DNA from: a virus
Lineage: Duplodnaviria > Caudoviricetes
Virus record (IMG/VR): IMGVR_UViG_3300032332_002234
Span: 1-37,564 of that record
Reading direction: 5' to 3' (one strand)
Length of the DNA stretch: 37,564 bases
This document shows, in pieces, positions 26,833 through 35,030 of the stretch; the stretch's first letter is position 1; the number at the start of each line of letters is the position of its first letter. The position numbers and the translations under genes were made by a program. The notes under the pieces were generated by a model that did no database searches, had not been told where the DNA came from, and saw only the letters and a program-made list of their open reading frames with translations.

Positions 26833-28439
26833 TGACGTCTATTCCACATAAGAATAAGCAGGTCCAAGAAATAATAAGGTGTGGTAAAGATCCATCTTAT
26901 TTCTTCAATACCTACGTTAAGATCCAACATCCGACCAGGGGTTTGTTGCCTTTTAAAACATTCCCATTCCAGGATGACTGTGTCAAAGATTTTATTGAGA
27001 ATCGATTCACAGTCGTTGTTAAAGGAAGGCAGCTCGGCCTTTCAACCTTGGTTGCTGCTTATGCAGTTTGGTTAGCGCTTTTTCAGAAAGATAAGAACAT
27101 TCTAATCATCGCTACGAAACTCCAGGTCGCACAGAACTTCATCAAGAAGACAAAAACCATCCTTAGGAATCTACCACCGTGGTTAATTCTTCCTAAGATC
27201 GTCTCTGACAATAAACAGGTAGTGGAATTTAGTCACGGTAGCTCAATCAAAGCTATTCCAACGTCAGATGATGCAGGTCGTTCAGAGTCTCTTTCATTAC
27301 TAATCGTCGATGAGGCGGCATTCGTTAAGAACTTTGATGAGCTTTGGACGGGTCTTTACCCTACTATCTCGACAGGTGGACGCGCCATTCTACTTTCAAC
27401 GCCTAACGGTGTTGGCGGTCAGTATTACAAGCTATTCAAGGATGCTGAAGCAGGTATCAATGAGTTTAAATCAATTAAGCTGACATGGGATGTGCATCCA
27501 GAGCGAGATCAAGAATGGTTCGATAAAGAAACACGCAATATGTCAGCAAGACAGATCGCACAGGAGTATCTGTGCGATTTCGCGTCATCAGGTGAAACAT
27601 TCTTGGGTGACGATGACATTAAGTGGGTTTACTCTTGTATCAAGGCGCCCGTTGATCGGATAGGGTTTGATAGAAATGTATGGGTGTGGAAATATCCACT
27701 TTCAGAAAGAAAGTATGTGATTTCTGCAGACATCGCTCGAGGTGACAGCAAAGATTTTTCAACCTTTCATGTGATTGATCTTGAAACTGGCGAAGTAGTC
27801 GCAGAGTACCGTGGGAAAGTGGCTCCAGATAGGTTCGGTGACCTTCTGAATGAATTCGGGTTACTTTACAATAAGGCACTACTCTGTCCAGAGAACAACA
27901 CGTACGGGTACGCCACGATCATCCGTCTAAGGGATCTTCATTATCCCAAGATGTACTATCAGAAGAGCACGGCGGTTTATATCGGTGATTACATCCCGGC
28001 GGGTAATACAGATCTTGCGGGGTTTAGCACGAGTGGTAAGACACGTGGTTTAATTCTGACAAAACTCGAGGAGTTAATACGAAATAAACAGATCATCACA
28101 TACTCATCACGTTTTTATGATGAACTAAAAACTTTCGTCTGGCAGGATAATAAAGTTTCTGCTATGAAAGGTGAGAATGATGATCTTGTGATGTCGTTAG
28201 CAATCGGAACTTGGTTGTATGATGCTTCTGCTGATCATTCAAAGGGATCCAGCGAAATTAATAAGGCAATGTTAGCAGCAATGTCAGTCAATACTAAACA
28301 CTTTAACGGAGTTTCGAATAGTATTAGTCAGAACGAGCACATTAGAAACGTCCAGGCAAAGAGAGATCTTGTTACGGGCGGTCGACGACAGCAACAAGGA
28401 ATGATCCCGCCTGAACTAGCGTGGATCTACAGGGGATAA
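26832..28439 (+). CDS. terL: Terminase large subunit, T4 gp17-like (535 aa)
   Basis: DPSYFFNTYVKI, FPFQ adenine motif, KGRQLGLST, Walker B LLIVDEAAF, coupling motif STPNG, QEYLCDF, nuclease ISADIARG and DDLVMSLA. Confidence 0.95.
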   Translation: MTSIPHKNKQVQEIIRCGKDPSYFFNTYVKIQHPTRGLLPFKTFPFQDDCVKDFIENRFTVVVKGRQLGLSTLVAAYAVWLALFQKDKNILIIATKLQVAQNFIKKTKTILRNLPPWLILPKIVSDNKQVVEFSHGSSIKAIPTSDDAGRSESLSLLIVDEAAFVKNFDELWTGLYPTISTGGRAILLSTPNGVGGQYYKLFKDAEAGINEFKSIKLTWDVHPERDQEWFDKETRNMSARQIAQEYLCDFASSGETFLGDDDIKWVYSCIKAPVDRIGFDRNVWVWKYPLSERKYVISADIARGDSKDFSTFHVIDLETGEVVAEYRGKVAPDRFGDLLNEFGLLYNKALLCPENNTYGYATIIRLRDLHYPKMYYQKSTAVYIGDYIPAGNTDLAGFSTSGKTRGLILTKLEELIRNKQIITYSSRFYDELKTFVWQDNKVSAMKGENDDLVMSLAIGTWLYDASADHSKGSSEINKAMLAAMSVNTKHFNGVSNSISQNEHIRNVQAKRDLVTGGRRQQQGMIPPELAWIYRG

Positions 28440-28440
28440 G

Positions 28441-30489
28441 ATGGCAAAAAATGAAAATATCTTCACTCGATTGACGACCCTGTTTAGGAGCGGCCCAGTC
28501 GTTAAACGAAGAGTAAGAGAATACAAGCCGAGCGACACAAGCTCATCAGCATATGAGTTATTCAGGAAGACGCAGAGCAACGTCTACAGCACTGCTATGA
28601 GCGCCTACGGTGCTTACGACAGAATGGCAAGATATTCCGATTTTCAAGAAATGGAGTATACTCCTGAAATCGCGAGTGCTCTTGACATCTATTCTGAGGA
28701 AACAGTTTCACCGGATGAGAAGGGGAATATTCTTCACGTCTATTCCGAGAACGCCCAGATTCATCGTCTTCTCAACGAACTTTTCTATGACACCTTGAAT
28801 GTCAATTTCAATATGACATCATGGGTCAGAAATATGTGTAAATACGGTGACTTCTTCTTGTTCAATGACGTCTCACCTGAGCACGGTGTCATCAACGTCT
28901 TCCCTATCTCAGTTAATGAAATTGAGCGTGAAGAAGGCTTTGATAAGATGGATCCCCTCGCTGTTCGTTATCGTTGGGTAACCCAGGGTAACCAAGTTCT
29001 GCAGAACTGGCAGGTATCACACTTTCGCCTATTGGGTAATGACGCTTTCTTACCATATGGCACATCAGTTCTCGAGGCAGCTCGACGCATTTGGCGCCAG
29101 ATGATTCTCGTCGAGGACGCGATGCTTGTCTATCGTATCATTCGCGCGCCAGACCGGAGAGTTTTCTATGTTGACGTCGGTAACGTTCCACCGGAAGAAA
29201 TTCCTAATTACATGGAACAAGCCCAGTCAACTCTCAAGAAGAATCAAGTAATCGACAGAGGAACAGGTCGTGTAGACCTTCGCTATAATCCAATGTCAGT
29301 CGACGAGGATTACTTCATTCCTGTTCGTGGCGGTCAGTCAGGAACAAAGGTTGAAAACCTTGGCGGTGGCACGAACGCAGCAGCAATCGAAGATGTCCAG
29401 TATATCCAGAAGAAGCTCTTTTCAGCGCTCAAAATACCCAAGGCATATCTTGGCTATGATGAGGGCTTGGGCGCAAAAGCGACATTGTCTCAGGAAGACA
29501 TTCGTTTCTCACGTTCTATCAATCGCATTCAGCGGACAATCATCTCAGAGCTTAATAAACTCGCGATTGTTCATCTTTACTGCAATGGGTTTGATAGTCA
29601 CGATCTTCTCGATTTCGAGCTTAAGTTGACAAATCCTTCTACGATTGCTCAGCAGCAAAAGCTAGAACTTTATAACACAAAGTTCACAATCGCGCAGTCG
29701 GCTTCGGGTATAGAGAATCTTGTCAACAAGAAGTGGATTAAGAAGAATATCTTTATGATGTCTGATGAAGAGATTGAGCAGATTGAAGAGGGTCTCTTTG
29801 AAGATAAACACCTCTCACTGAAGCTTGAAGCAGTTAAACTTGAAACTCCTGAAGGTGATGAATCATCTGCAGAAATGGGTGCTGGGGGAGAAATGCCTTC
29901 TGCGATGAGCTCTGAGCCTGCTGCAGCTCCTCCCGAAGCCCCACCTGCGCCTGAACCCGGTTTAGATCTTGGTGCTGGGGGCCCTGTCACAGCTGGAGAT
30001 TCAAGAAATCCCACGAGATTACCTCTAGTCACAGAATTTGATGATGATATTGATCTCACCCGTGTTGCAGCAGCTAAGGGTCTCCCACTCAAGGCATTTG
30101 CGGGTCTTTCCCGTTCAAACCAGCCAAATCGTCGAATTCTCGATGAGAAATCACGTCCAGGACCTGGGCATGCAGAAAGAGAGATCTACAACGCATCCCG
30201 TAGGAAGCCGGGGTCAGCAGGCACACGGACAAACCACGCTGATCTTGTCAAGTCGGATAAGAAAGATCCACGTGACTCAATTGCCCATCCCTTTGGTGAT
30301 AAAAAAGATATTATCAATCCTTTAAAGAATGCGCATAAAGTCAAGATTGATGAATCAGATGAATACTTAGATGATTATTTTGACGATAAACTAAGTGATG
30401 CTGAAAGGCGTGATATTGAAGTTGAGACCATACTTAGATCATTGGACAAGAAAAACCCCAAGTCAAATACAAAGGGGGAGGAAAAATGA
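28441..30489 (+). CDS. Portal protein, T4 gp20-like (682 aa) with a long low-complexity C-terminal tail
   Basis: EDAMLVYRIIRAPDRRVFYVDVGNVP, EDYFIPVRGG..GTKVENLGG, DVQYIQKKLFSALKIP and EDIRFSR. Confidence 0.95.
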   Translation: MAKNENIFTRLTTLFRSGPVVKRRVREYKPSDTSSSAYELFRKTQSNVYSTAMSAYGAYDRMARYSDFQEMEYTPEIASALDIYSEETVSPDEKGNILHVYSENAQIHRLLNELFYDTLNVNFNMTSWVRNMCKYGDFFLFNDVSPEHGVINVFPISVNEIEREEGFDKMDPLAVRYRWVTQGNQVLQNWQVSHFRLLGNDAFLPYGTSVLEAARRIWRQMILVEDAMLVYRIIRAPDRRVFYVDVGNVPPEEIPNYMEQAQSTLKKNQVIDRGTGRVDLRYNPMSVDEDYFIPVRGGQSGTKVENLGGGTNAAAIEDVQYIQKKLFSALKIPKAYLGYDEGLGAKATLSQEDIRFSRSINRIQRTIISELNKLAIVHLYCNGFDSHDLLDFELKLTNPSTIAQQQKLELYNTKFTIAQSASGIENLVNKKWIKKNIFMMSDEEIEQIEEGLFEDKHLSLKLEAVKLETPEGDESSAEMGAGGEMPSAMSSEPAAAPPEAPPAPEPGLDLGAGGPVTAGDSRNPTRLPLVTEFDDDIDLTRVAAAKGLPLKAFAGLSRSNQPNRRILDEKSRPGPGHAEREIYNASRRKPGSAGTRTNHADLVKSDKKDPRDSIAHPFGDKKDIINPLKNAHKVKIDESDEYLDDYFDDKLSDAERRDIEVETILRSLDKKNPKSNTKGEEK

Positions 30490-31349
30490 ACATCCCAGCG
30501 ATTAGTCACAATAAGAAGAGAAATGTCGGCATTGTTTATGAATTGCTTCTCAGAGCAGTGTCTTCTTATCTAATTGAGGGCAAGAAAGATCAAGCTCAGG
30601 TAGCATTGGATATTATCTCACGACACTTCTCAAAGGATACAGAGCTCTTTAAGGAGTTTCGTCTCTTTAACGCATTAGCCAAGACACGAGTCACTGACTC
30701 TGCAGTGACGGCGATCATCCTGACAGAGACAAAAGCTGCTGCACGCAGGATTGATTATCTGAAGCTTGATAGAGAGAAATCGCTTTTGATTCGTGATATC
30801 AATCACAATCTCAGCGACCAGATGTTTTTTCACCGACGAATCACAAACTATCGTGACTTAGCAACTATTCAGACAGCTCTGAATGAGTGGTCACTCGGTG
30901 ACAGATCAGATCTCTCAAAGACACTACTGGTTGAGACAAAGCTTGTTGAGTTATTGAAAAGCGAACCCCTTCAGGAACAGCAGATCACTGAAGAAAAAGA
31001 TGTGAAAGTTGATTCTCTCGTTGTCAAGCTATTGAATGAGAAGTTTAATAAGAAATACGCGGGTACTCTGACAGATGATCAGCAGGCTCTTATTAGAGAT
31101 TATGTTGTCATGAATACGTCTAATGGTCCCGGCGAAAAAATGATTGAACGTGCTCGTAAGATCAAGACAGAATCCCTAAAGACCCTTGATGAGATCGCGA
31201 AGACAGAGAAAAACCAAATCATCCAAGAAAACTTACGTGACGTTCGCAATCGTGTTACATCTCTTGATTTGGCGTCACTTGACGACGACAAGCTTGGTAA
31301 ATTAATGACGCTTTCTCAACTAATTGAGGAAGCAAGGGAGGCAAAATGA
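30486..31349 (+). CDS. Hypothetical helical head-assembly protein (287 aa)
   Basis: SD GGAGG, ATGA overlaps on both sides, located between portal and protease; HNKKRNVGIVYELL N-terminus. Confidence 0.75.
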   Translation: MNIPAISHNKKRNVGIVYELLLRAVSSYLIEGKKDQAQVALDIISRHFSKDTELFKEFRLFNALAKTRVTDSAVTAIILTETKAAARRIDYLKLDREKSLLIRDINHNLSDQMFFHRRITNYRDLATIQTALNEWSLGDRSDLSKTLLVETKLVELLKSEPLQEQQITEEKDVKVDSLVVKLLNEKFNKKYAGTLTDDQQALIRDYVVMNTSNGPGEKMIERARKIKTESLKTLDEIAKTEKNQIIQENLRDVRNRVTSLDLASLDDDKLGKLMTLSQLIEEAREAK

Positions 31350-33016
31350 GTGTAAATCTAACTCTGCTTACTGAATGGACACCTCTGACTATTAGCCCGT
31401 CGATGATCAAGGAATCTCGCGCGATTAACGGAGGTAAGATCCTGCTTAAGGGAATCATTCAGCGTGCTGATACGCTCAATCAGAACGGTCGAATTTACCC
31501 AAAATCTATTCTTGAGCGAGAAGTTATCAATTATCAGAAGTTTATTCGTGAGAATCGTGCGCTCGGTGAATGCGTTGACCCAGAAACTCAGATACTCACA
31601 ACGAGCGGATGGAAAGATTTTGAAAATCTTTCACAAAATGATAGAGTTTTTACTCTAAATGTAGAGAATAATGAACTTTGTGAGCAAGAGATACTCCACA
31701 TAACCAAAAAAGATTATGCTGGAAAGATGCTTCATTTCAAAAATTCTGCATCTCTTGATATGATGCTGACTCCTGATCACAAGGTTCTTCTTTTTGATAG
31801 AAATGGCAAATCTGTCTATATGACAGCACAATCTGTCTACGATCTCTACAAGGAAGAATCTAGCTGGCTTTCGCATTCGGGACTTAGATTTACATCATCG
31901 TGGACGGGTGTGACGCCTGAAATTTACACAGTTCCTGGCACACATCTTTCTATGAACCCCGATGTTTGGGCTGCCTTTCTTGGAATCTATCTCGCTGAAG
32001 ACTGTGTAGACGGCGTCAAGAGGGGTTACAAAACAAGCAATGGAATTCAGATAACTCAGAAAAATCCTCAAAAAATTCAGATGATAAGAGAGCTCTTGGC
32101 GCAAATGCCGCTAGAGTGGAAAGAAAGAGTTCGTTCTGATGATGAAACAGTCGATTTTACTTGCGCTCATCCAGGATTGCACGACTTTTTATTCGACTTG
32201 GGACCGAGCAGCTTGAAGAGAATCCCAGCAGATGTCAAATCCTGGTCATCAGATTCTTTAGAGATACTCTTAACGTGGCTTTTGTTAGGAGATGGCAGAA
32301 ACAGAGTTGTTAGAGGGAGATTGATTAGAGAGCTTTACACCACTTCTGAGGCACTTGCCAACGATGTATGTGAATTATTTCTTAAACTTGGCATCGGTTC
32401 TAATGCTCGTGCTTATGAGCAGAAAGATAGAGAGATAGAGCCAGGAAGAACAATCCTCTCAGAAAATTCTAAGCCAATGTGGATAGTGTCAGAGAATCGA
32501 TCCAAAAATATCGGATTAGATCTTCGATTTATGAAGGTAGAGGAGGTTGATTACAGCGGCAAGGTTTATTGTGTGACCACCCAGAACGGTAACTGGATGG
32601 CCAAGAGGAACGGGAAGATGTTTTGGACAGGAAATTGTGATCATCCAGATACATCCGTCGTTGAACTAAAGAACGCTTCACACATTGTTCGCGAAGCGCG
32701 GATGGAAGGAGATTCTGTTTATGGATCTGTTGAACTTCTCGACACACCCAGTGGTAAGATCCTCCAGAGCCTCTTTGAATCAGGCGTCACACTAGGCATC
32801 TCAAGTCGCGGCATCGGATCAACTCGGCAGCAAGGCGGTAATCTCATCGTCCAGGAAGATTTTCAGCTTATTTGTTTTGATATTGTGTCTGAACCGTCGA
32901 CGCCAGGCGCATTTCTAAAAGAAGGAAAGCACATTAAACCAGTTGATATTAAGGCGACCTTTAACCGGTCAGATAGAATTAATAGAATTTTTAATGATAT
33001 CAAACAGTGGAAGTAA
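31346..33016 (+). CDS. Prohead core protease, T4 gp21-like, interrupted by an intein (556 aa precursor, 201 aa spliced)
   Basis: GIIQRADTLNQNGRIYP..ALGE|intein|CDHP..ASH..LDTPSGKI..GISSRGIGS..DIVSEPSTPGA. Confidence 0.93.
   Translation: MSVNLTLLTEWTPLTISPSMIKESRAINGGKILLKGIIQRADTLNQNGRIYPKSILEREVINYQKFIRENRALGECVDPETQILTTSGWKDFENLSQNDRVFTLNVENNELCEQEILHITKKDYAGKMLHFKNSASLDMMLTPDHKVLLFDRNGKSVYMTAQSVYDLYKEESSWLSHSGLRFTSSWTGVTPEIYTVPGTHLSMNPDVWAAFLGIYLAEDCVDGVKRGYKTSNGIQITQKNPQKIQMIRELLAQMPLEWKERVRSDDETVDFTCAHPGLHDFLFDLGPSSLKRIPADVKSWSSDSLEILLTWLLLGDGRNRVVRGRLIRELYTTSEALANDVCELFLKLGIGSNARAYEQKDREIEPGRTILSENSKPMWIVSENRSKNIGLDLRFMKVEEVDYSGKVYCVTTQNGNWMAKRNGKMFWTGNCDHPDTSVVELKNASHIVREARMEGDSVYGSVELLDTPSGKILQSLFESGVTLGISSRGIGSTRQQGGNLIVQEDFQLICFDIVSEPSTPGAFLKEGKHIKPVDIKATFNRSDRINRIFNDIKQWK
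31571..32635 (+). mobile_element. Intein (355 aa) with a LAGLIDADG homing endonuclease domain
   Basis: Block A CVDPETQILT, block B LTPDHKV, LAGLIDADG helices FLGIYLAEDC and WLLLGDG, block F YSGKVYCVTT, block G WTGN followed by Cys+1. Confidence 0.93.
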
Positions 33017-33019
33017 AAG

Positions 33020-33520
33020 ATGAAGATGACACGTCAAGATCTGAAGGGTTTAGTGAAAGAGTGTCTTGTTGAGATTCTATCTGAGGGTCTTGTTGGCGCT
33101 CAGCATTCAATCACAGAATCGAAAAAAGTTACTCCTTCACAGAAGCTATCAGGCACAACAACGACAGCAACTCAGCAAAGAGCACGCCCGAACACAGCCG
33201 AAAAAATTAGCTTCCTTCCAAATAGGGAGGAGATGAAACGTACAGCTGCACGACCCAATGTTGATTCAAGTCACCAGCTTGCAAGATCTCTAACATCTGA
33301 TCCTGTGCTCGCTGACATCTTTGCTGATACAGCACGAAATGGTGCTCATCATCAAATGAATGAGTCTGCAGCTGGTGTCCGCCACGAGCAGATGATTGCA
33401 ACTGCAGGCGACGCCGCTGCAAAAATAATGCTTCAAAGTGATCCAACTGATGTTTTTTCCGATTCAGCAAGTAAGTGGGCCGCACTTGCTTTTGCAGAAA
33501 AGATTCCGACAAGATCTTAA
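33020..33520 (+). CDS. Hypothetical head-associated protein (166 aa)
   Basis: N-terminal KMTRQDLKGLVKECLVEILSEG and C-terminal SKWAALAF; head module context. Confidence 0.75.
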   Translation: MKMTRQDLKGLVKECLVEILSEGLVGAQHSITESKKVTPSQKLSGTTTTATQQRARPNTAEKISFLPNREEMKRTAARPNVDSSHQLARSLTSDPVLADIFADTARNGAHHQMNESAAGVRHEQMIATAGDAAAKIMLQSDPTDVFSDSASKWAALAFAEKIPTRS

Positions 33521-33528
33521 GTTGCCTA

Positions 33529-33535
33529 ATACGTA
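33529..33535 (+). promoter_or_regulatory. Putative late promoter (ATACGTA)
   Basis: Intergenic ATANKTA variant upstream of AGGAGG and ATG 33557. Confidence 0.45.
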
Positions 33536-33556
33536 TTGACGTACCCAGGAGGAATT

Positions 33557-33886
33557 ATGGCTACAAAGTTGACACCAGAAGCTCTTCGCAGAATCATTCT
33601 TGAAGAGAAGCAGAAGCTTGAGAGCAAGATGCTCCAGGAGAAGAAGGCTAAGTCGCAAGAGGCTATGAAGCTTGACAAGAAAGCTCTTAAGGACCTCAAG
33701 ATGGAGATGGACAAGGAAGAGTGGCCCGGTGAGGACAGCATGGAAACCGTTGAGCAGGTCCCAGGCGAGAAGCTCAAGACACTAAAGATGCTCAAGGAAG
33801 AGGAAGAGAACCTCCTCCGTCGCGCTCGTGCGCTTCAGGAGCGTCGTCTCGCGCTTCGTAAGCAGATCCTTCGCGACATCACCTAA
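33557..33886 (+). CDS. Charged coiled-coil head/prohead core protein (109 aa)
   Basis: Strong SD AGGAGG supports ATG 33557 rather than TTG 33536. MATKLTPEALRRIILEE; AAG/GAG-biased codons. Confidence 0.8.
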   Translation: MATKLTPEALRRIILEEKQKLESKMLQEKKAKSQEAMKLDKKALKDLKMEMDKEEWPGEDSMETVEQVPGEKLKTLKMLKEEEENLLRRARALQERRLALRKQILRDIT

Positions 33887-33908
33887 TTTTTCAACCAAGG
33901 AGAGGTAA

Positions 33909-34439
33909 ATGTCATCTGTAAAGTATTCAACTGTTAAGCCGATCGGAGCGCCAGGTTTAGGTGGTTTAGGGCATCGGAGTGACGTGAATCTTTCGGCTGC
34001 GTTTGCCTCTCCTGTTGGAACAATTTACAGCGAGCTCGCCGTGAAGAACGCAGCAATTGCAGCGCTCAATGGTAACGGTGGACCCGGTGATATGATTCCC
34101 AATATTGGCGTTTCTGCAGGTGTGGTCAATGACGGGGGTCATATGTTTGGAACATATGATCTCAATTTCTCATCTTCTCCTGACCTTAACACAGTCGAGA
34201 CGGGTGGCGAGGGAAAGCCTGCGTCAGCATTCGTTCCGAACTTGACGTCACCAGGACCAGGTAGTGTTTATCCCTCAGATCAGCCTGAATATGTTGGAAC
34301 GTTGCCTGCTAAGGGTGATGAGTATGGAAATGGCCTTGGCGCTGTTTCACCTTCTCTGACGACACCCGGTATCGCAAAGCAGACAATTGGCACATACCTG
34401 ATGGGGCGTTCATATCTGGGTTCTGACGGTAAGACCTGA
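33909..34439 (+). CDS. Gly/Pro-rich hypothetical protein, possibly a minor capsid or decoration protein (176 aa)
   Basis: SD GAGG; head module context; TGATG coupling. Confidence 0.7.
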   Translation: MSSVKYSTVKPIGAPGLGGLGHRSDVNLSAAFASPVGTIYSELAVKNAAIAALNGNGGPGDMIPNIGVSAGVVNDGGHMFGTYDLNFSSSPDLNTVETGGEGKPASAFVPNLTSPGPGSVYPSDQPEYVGTLPAKGDEYGNGLGAVSPSLTTPGIAKQTIGTYLMGRSYLGSDGKT

Positions 34440-34975
34440 TGCCTAAATTTGTTCATGACCAGCGGACAGGTGCTGGTTATGGTTATCTCGGACGCAAAGG
34501 CTTTCAATCTGATCCTTCAAAATCGGGATCAACTTTTCCATACAGCGATCAAGTGGGTCCATACCGAGATGACGAAGATCTTGATGACGAAGATCTTGAT
34601 CTTAGAGCGCTTATTAACAATCGTCTGAGTTACAACAATCTAGGACGTGGTCCTACAGATCAACGAACTGACCATTTTACTATGGCAAAGAACCGTCTTG
34701 ATCTGTCTGAGAGCGAGACACCAGGTACGACACTAACTGGTATCGTTCCTTTTCCAATGAGGCGTTTTGATGGCCCTGCGTTAGGGGGTCACTCAGTCAA
34801 TCCTGCTTATACGGTAGCACCAGGTCGTCTAGACGGCTCTCCTTATGGATGGGTGAGAGGAAGGTTGTCACGGATGGATCCTGAAGAACAAGCACCATCA
34901 CGTTTTCTTGATGCCATTGATCCGGAAGTTAGAGAACGCGTTAAGATGAAACTTAAAGTCGCGCGGCTTAAATGA
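34439..34975 (+). CDS. Hypothetical head-module protein (178 aa)
   Basis: Coupled ORF directly upstream of the scaffold gene. Confidence 0.7.
   Translation: MPKFVHDQRTGAGYGYLGRKGFQSDPSKSGSTFPYSDQVGPYRDDEDLDDEDLDLRALINNRLSYNNLGRGPTDQRTDHFTMAKNRLDLSESETPGTTLTGIVPFPMRRFDGPALGGHSVNPAYTVAPGRLDGSPYGWVRGRLSRMDPEEQAPSRFLDAIDPEVRERVKMKLKVARLK
34568..34603 (+). repeat. In-frame tandem repeat (GATGACGAAGATCTT)x2 plus GATCTT
   Basis: Read directly; encodes DDEDL-DDEDL-DL. Confidence 0.85.
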
Positions 34976-34998
34976 TTGGAATAATCACACGCTGCGAG

Positions 34999-35005
34999 AT
35001 ACTTA
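34999..35005 (+). promoter_or_regulatory. Putative late promoter (ATACTTA) for the scaffold-capsid operon
   Basis: Intergenic gATACTTA upstream of GAGGT and ATG 35031. Confidence 0.55.
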
Positions 35006-35030
35006 TTTTCAGTGAATGAGGTAACAAAGA

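Noticed and set aside
284-33795. Many short alternative-frame and minus-strand ORFs in the ORF track
   Set aside because: They lie within or overlap long, coupled plus-strand genes and show no recognisable motifs, so they are treated as shadow ORFs.
34568-34603. 15-bp tandem repeat as a regulatory or phase-variable element
   Set aside because: Only two in-frame copies in an acidic linker, consistent with ordinary slippage.
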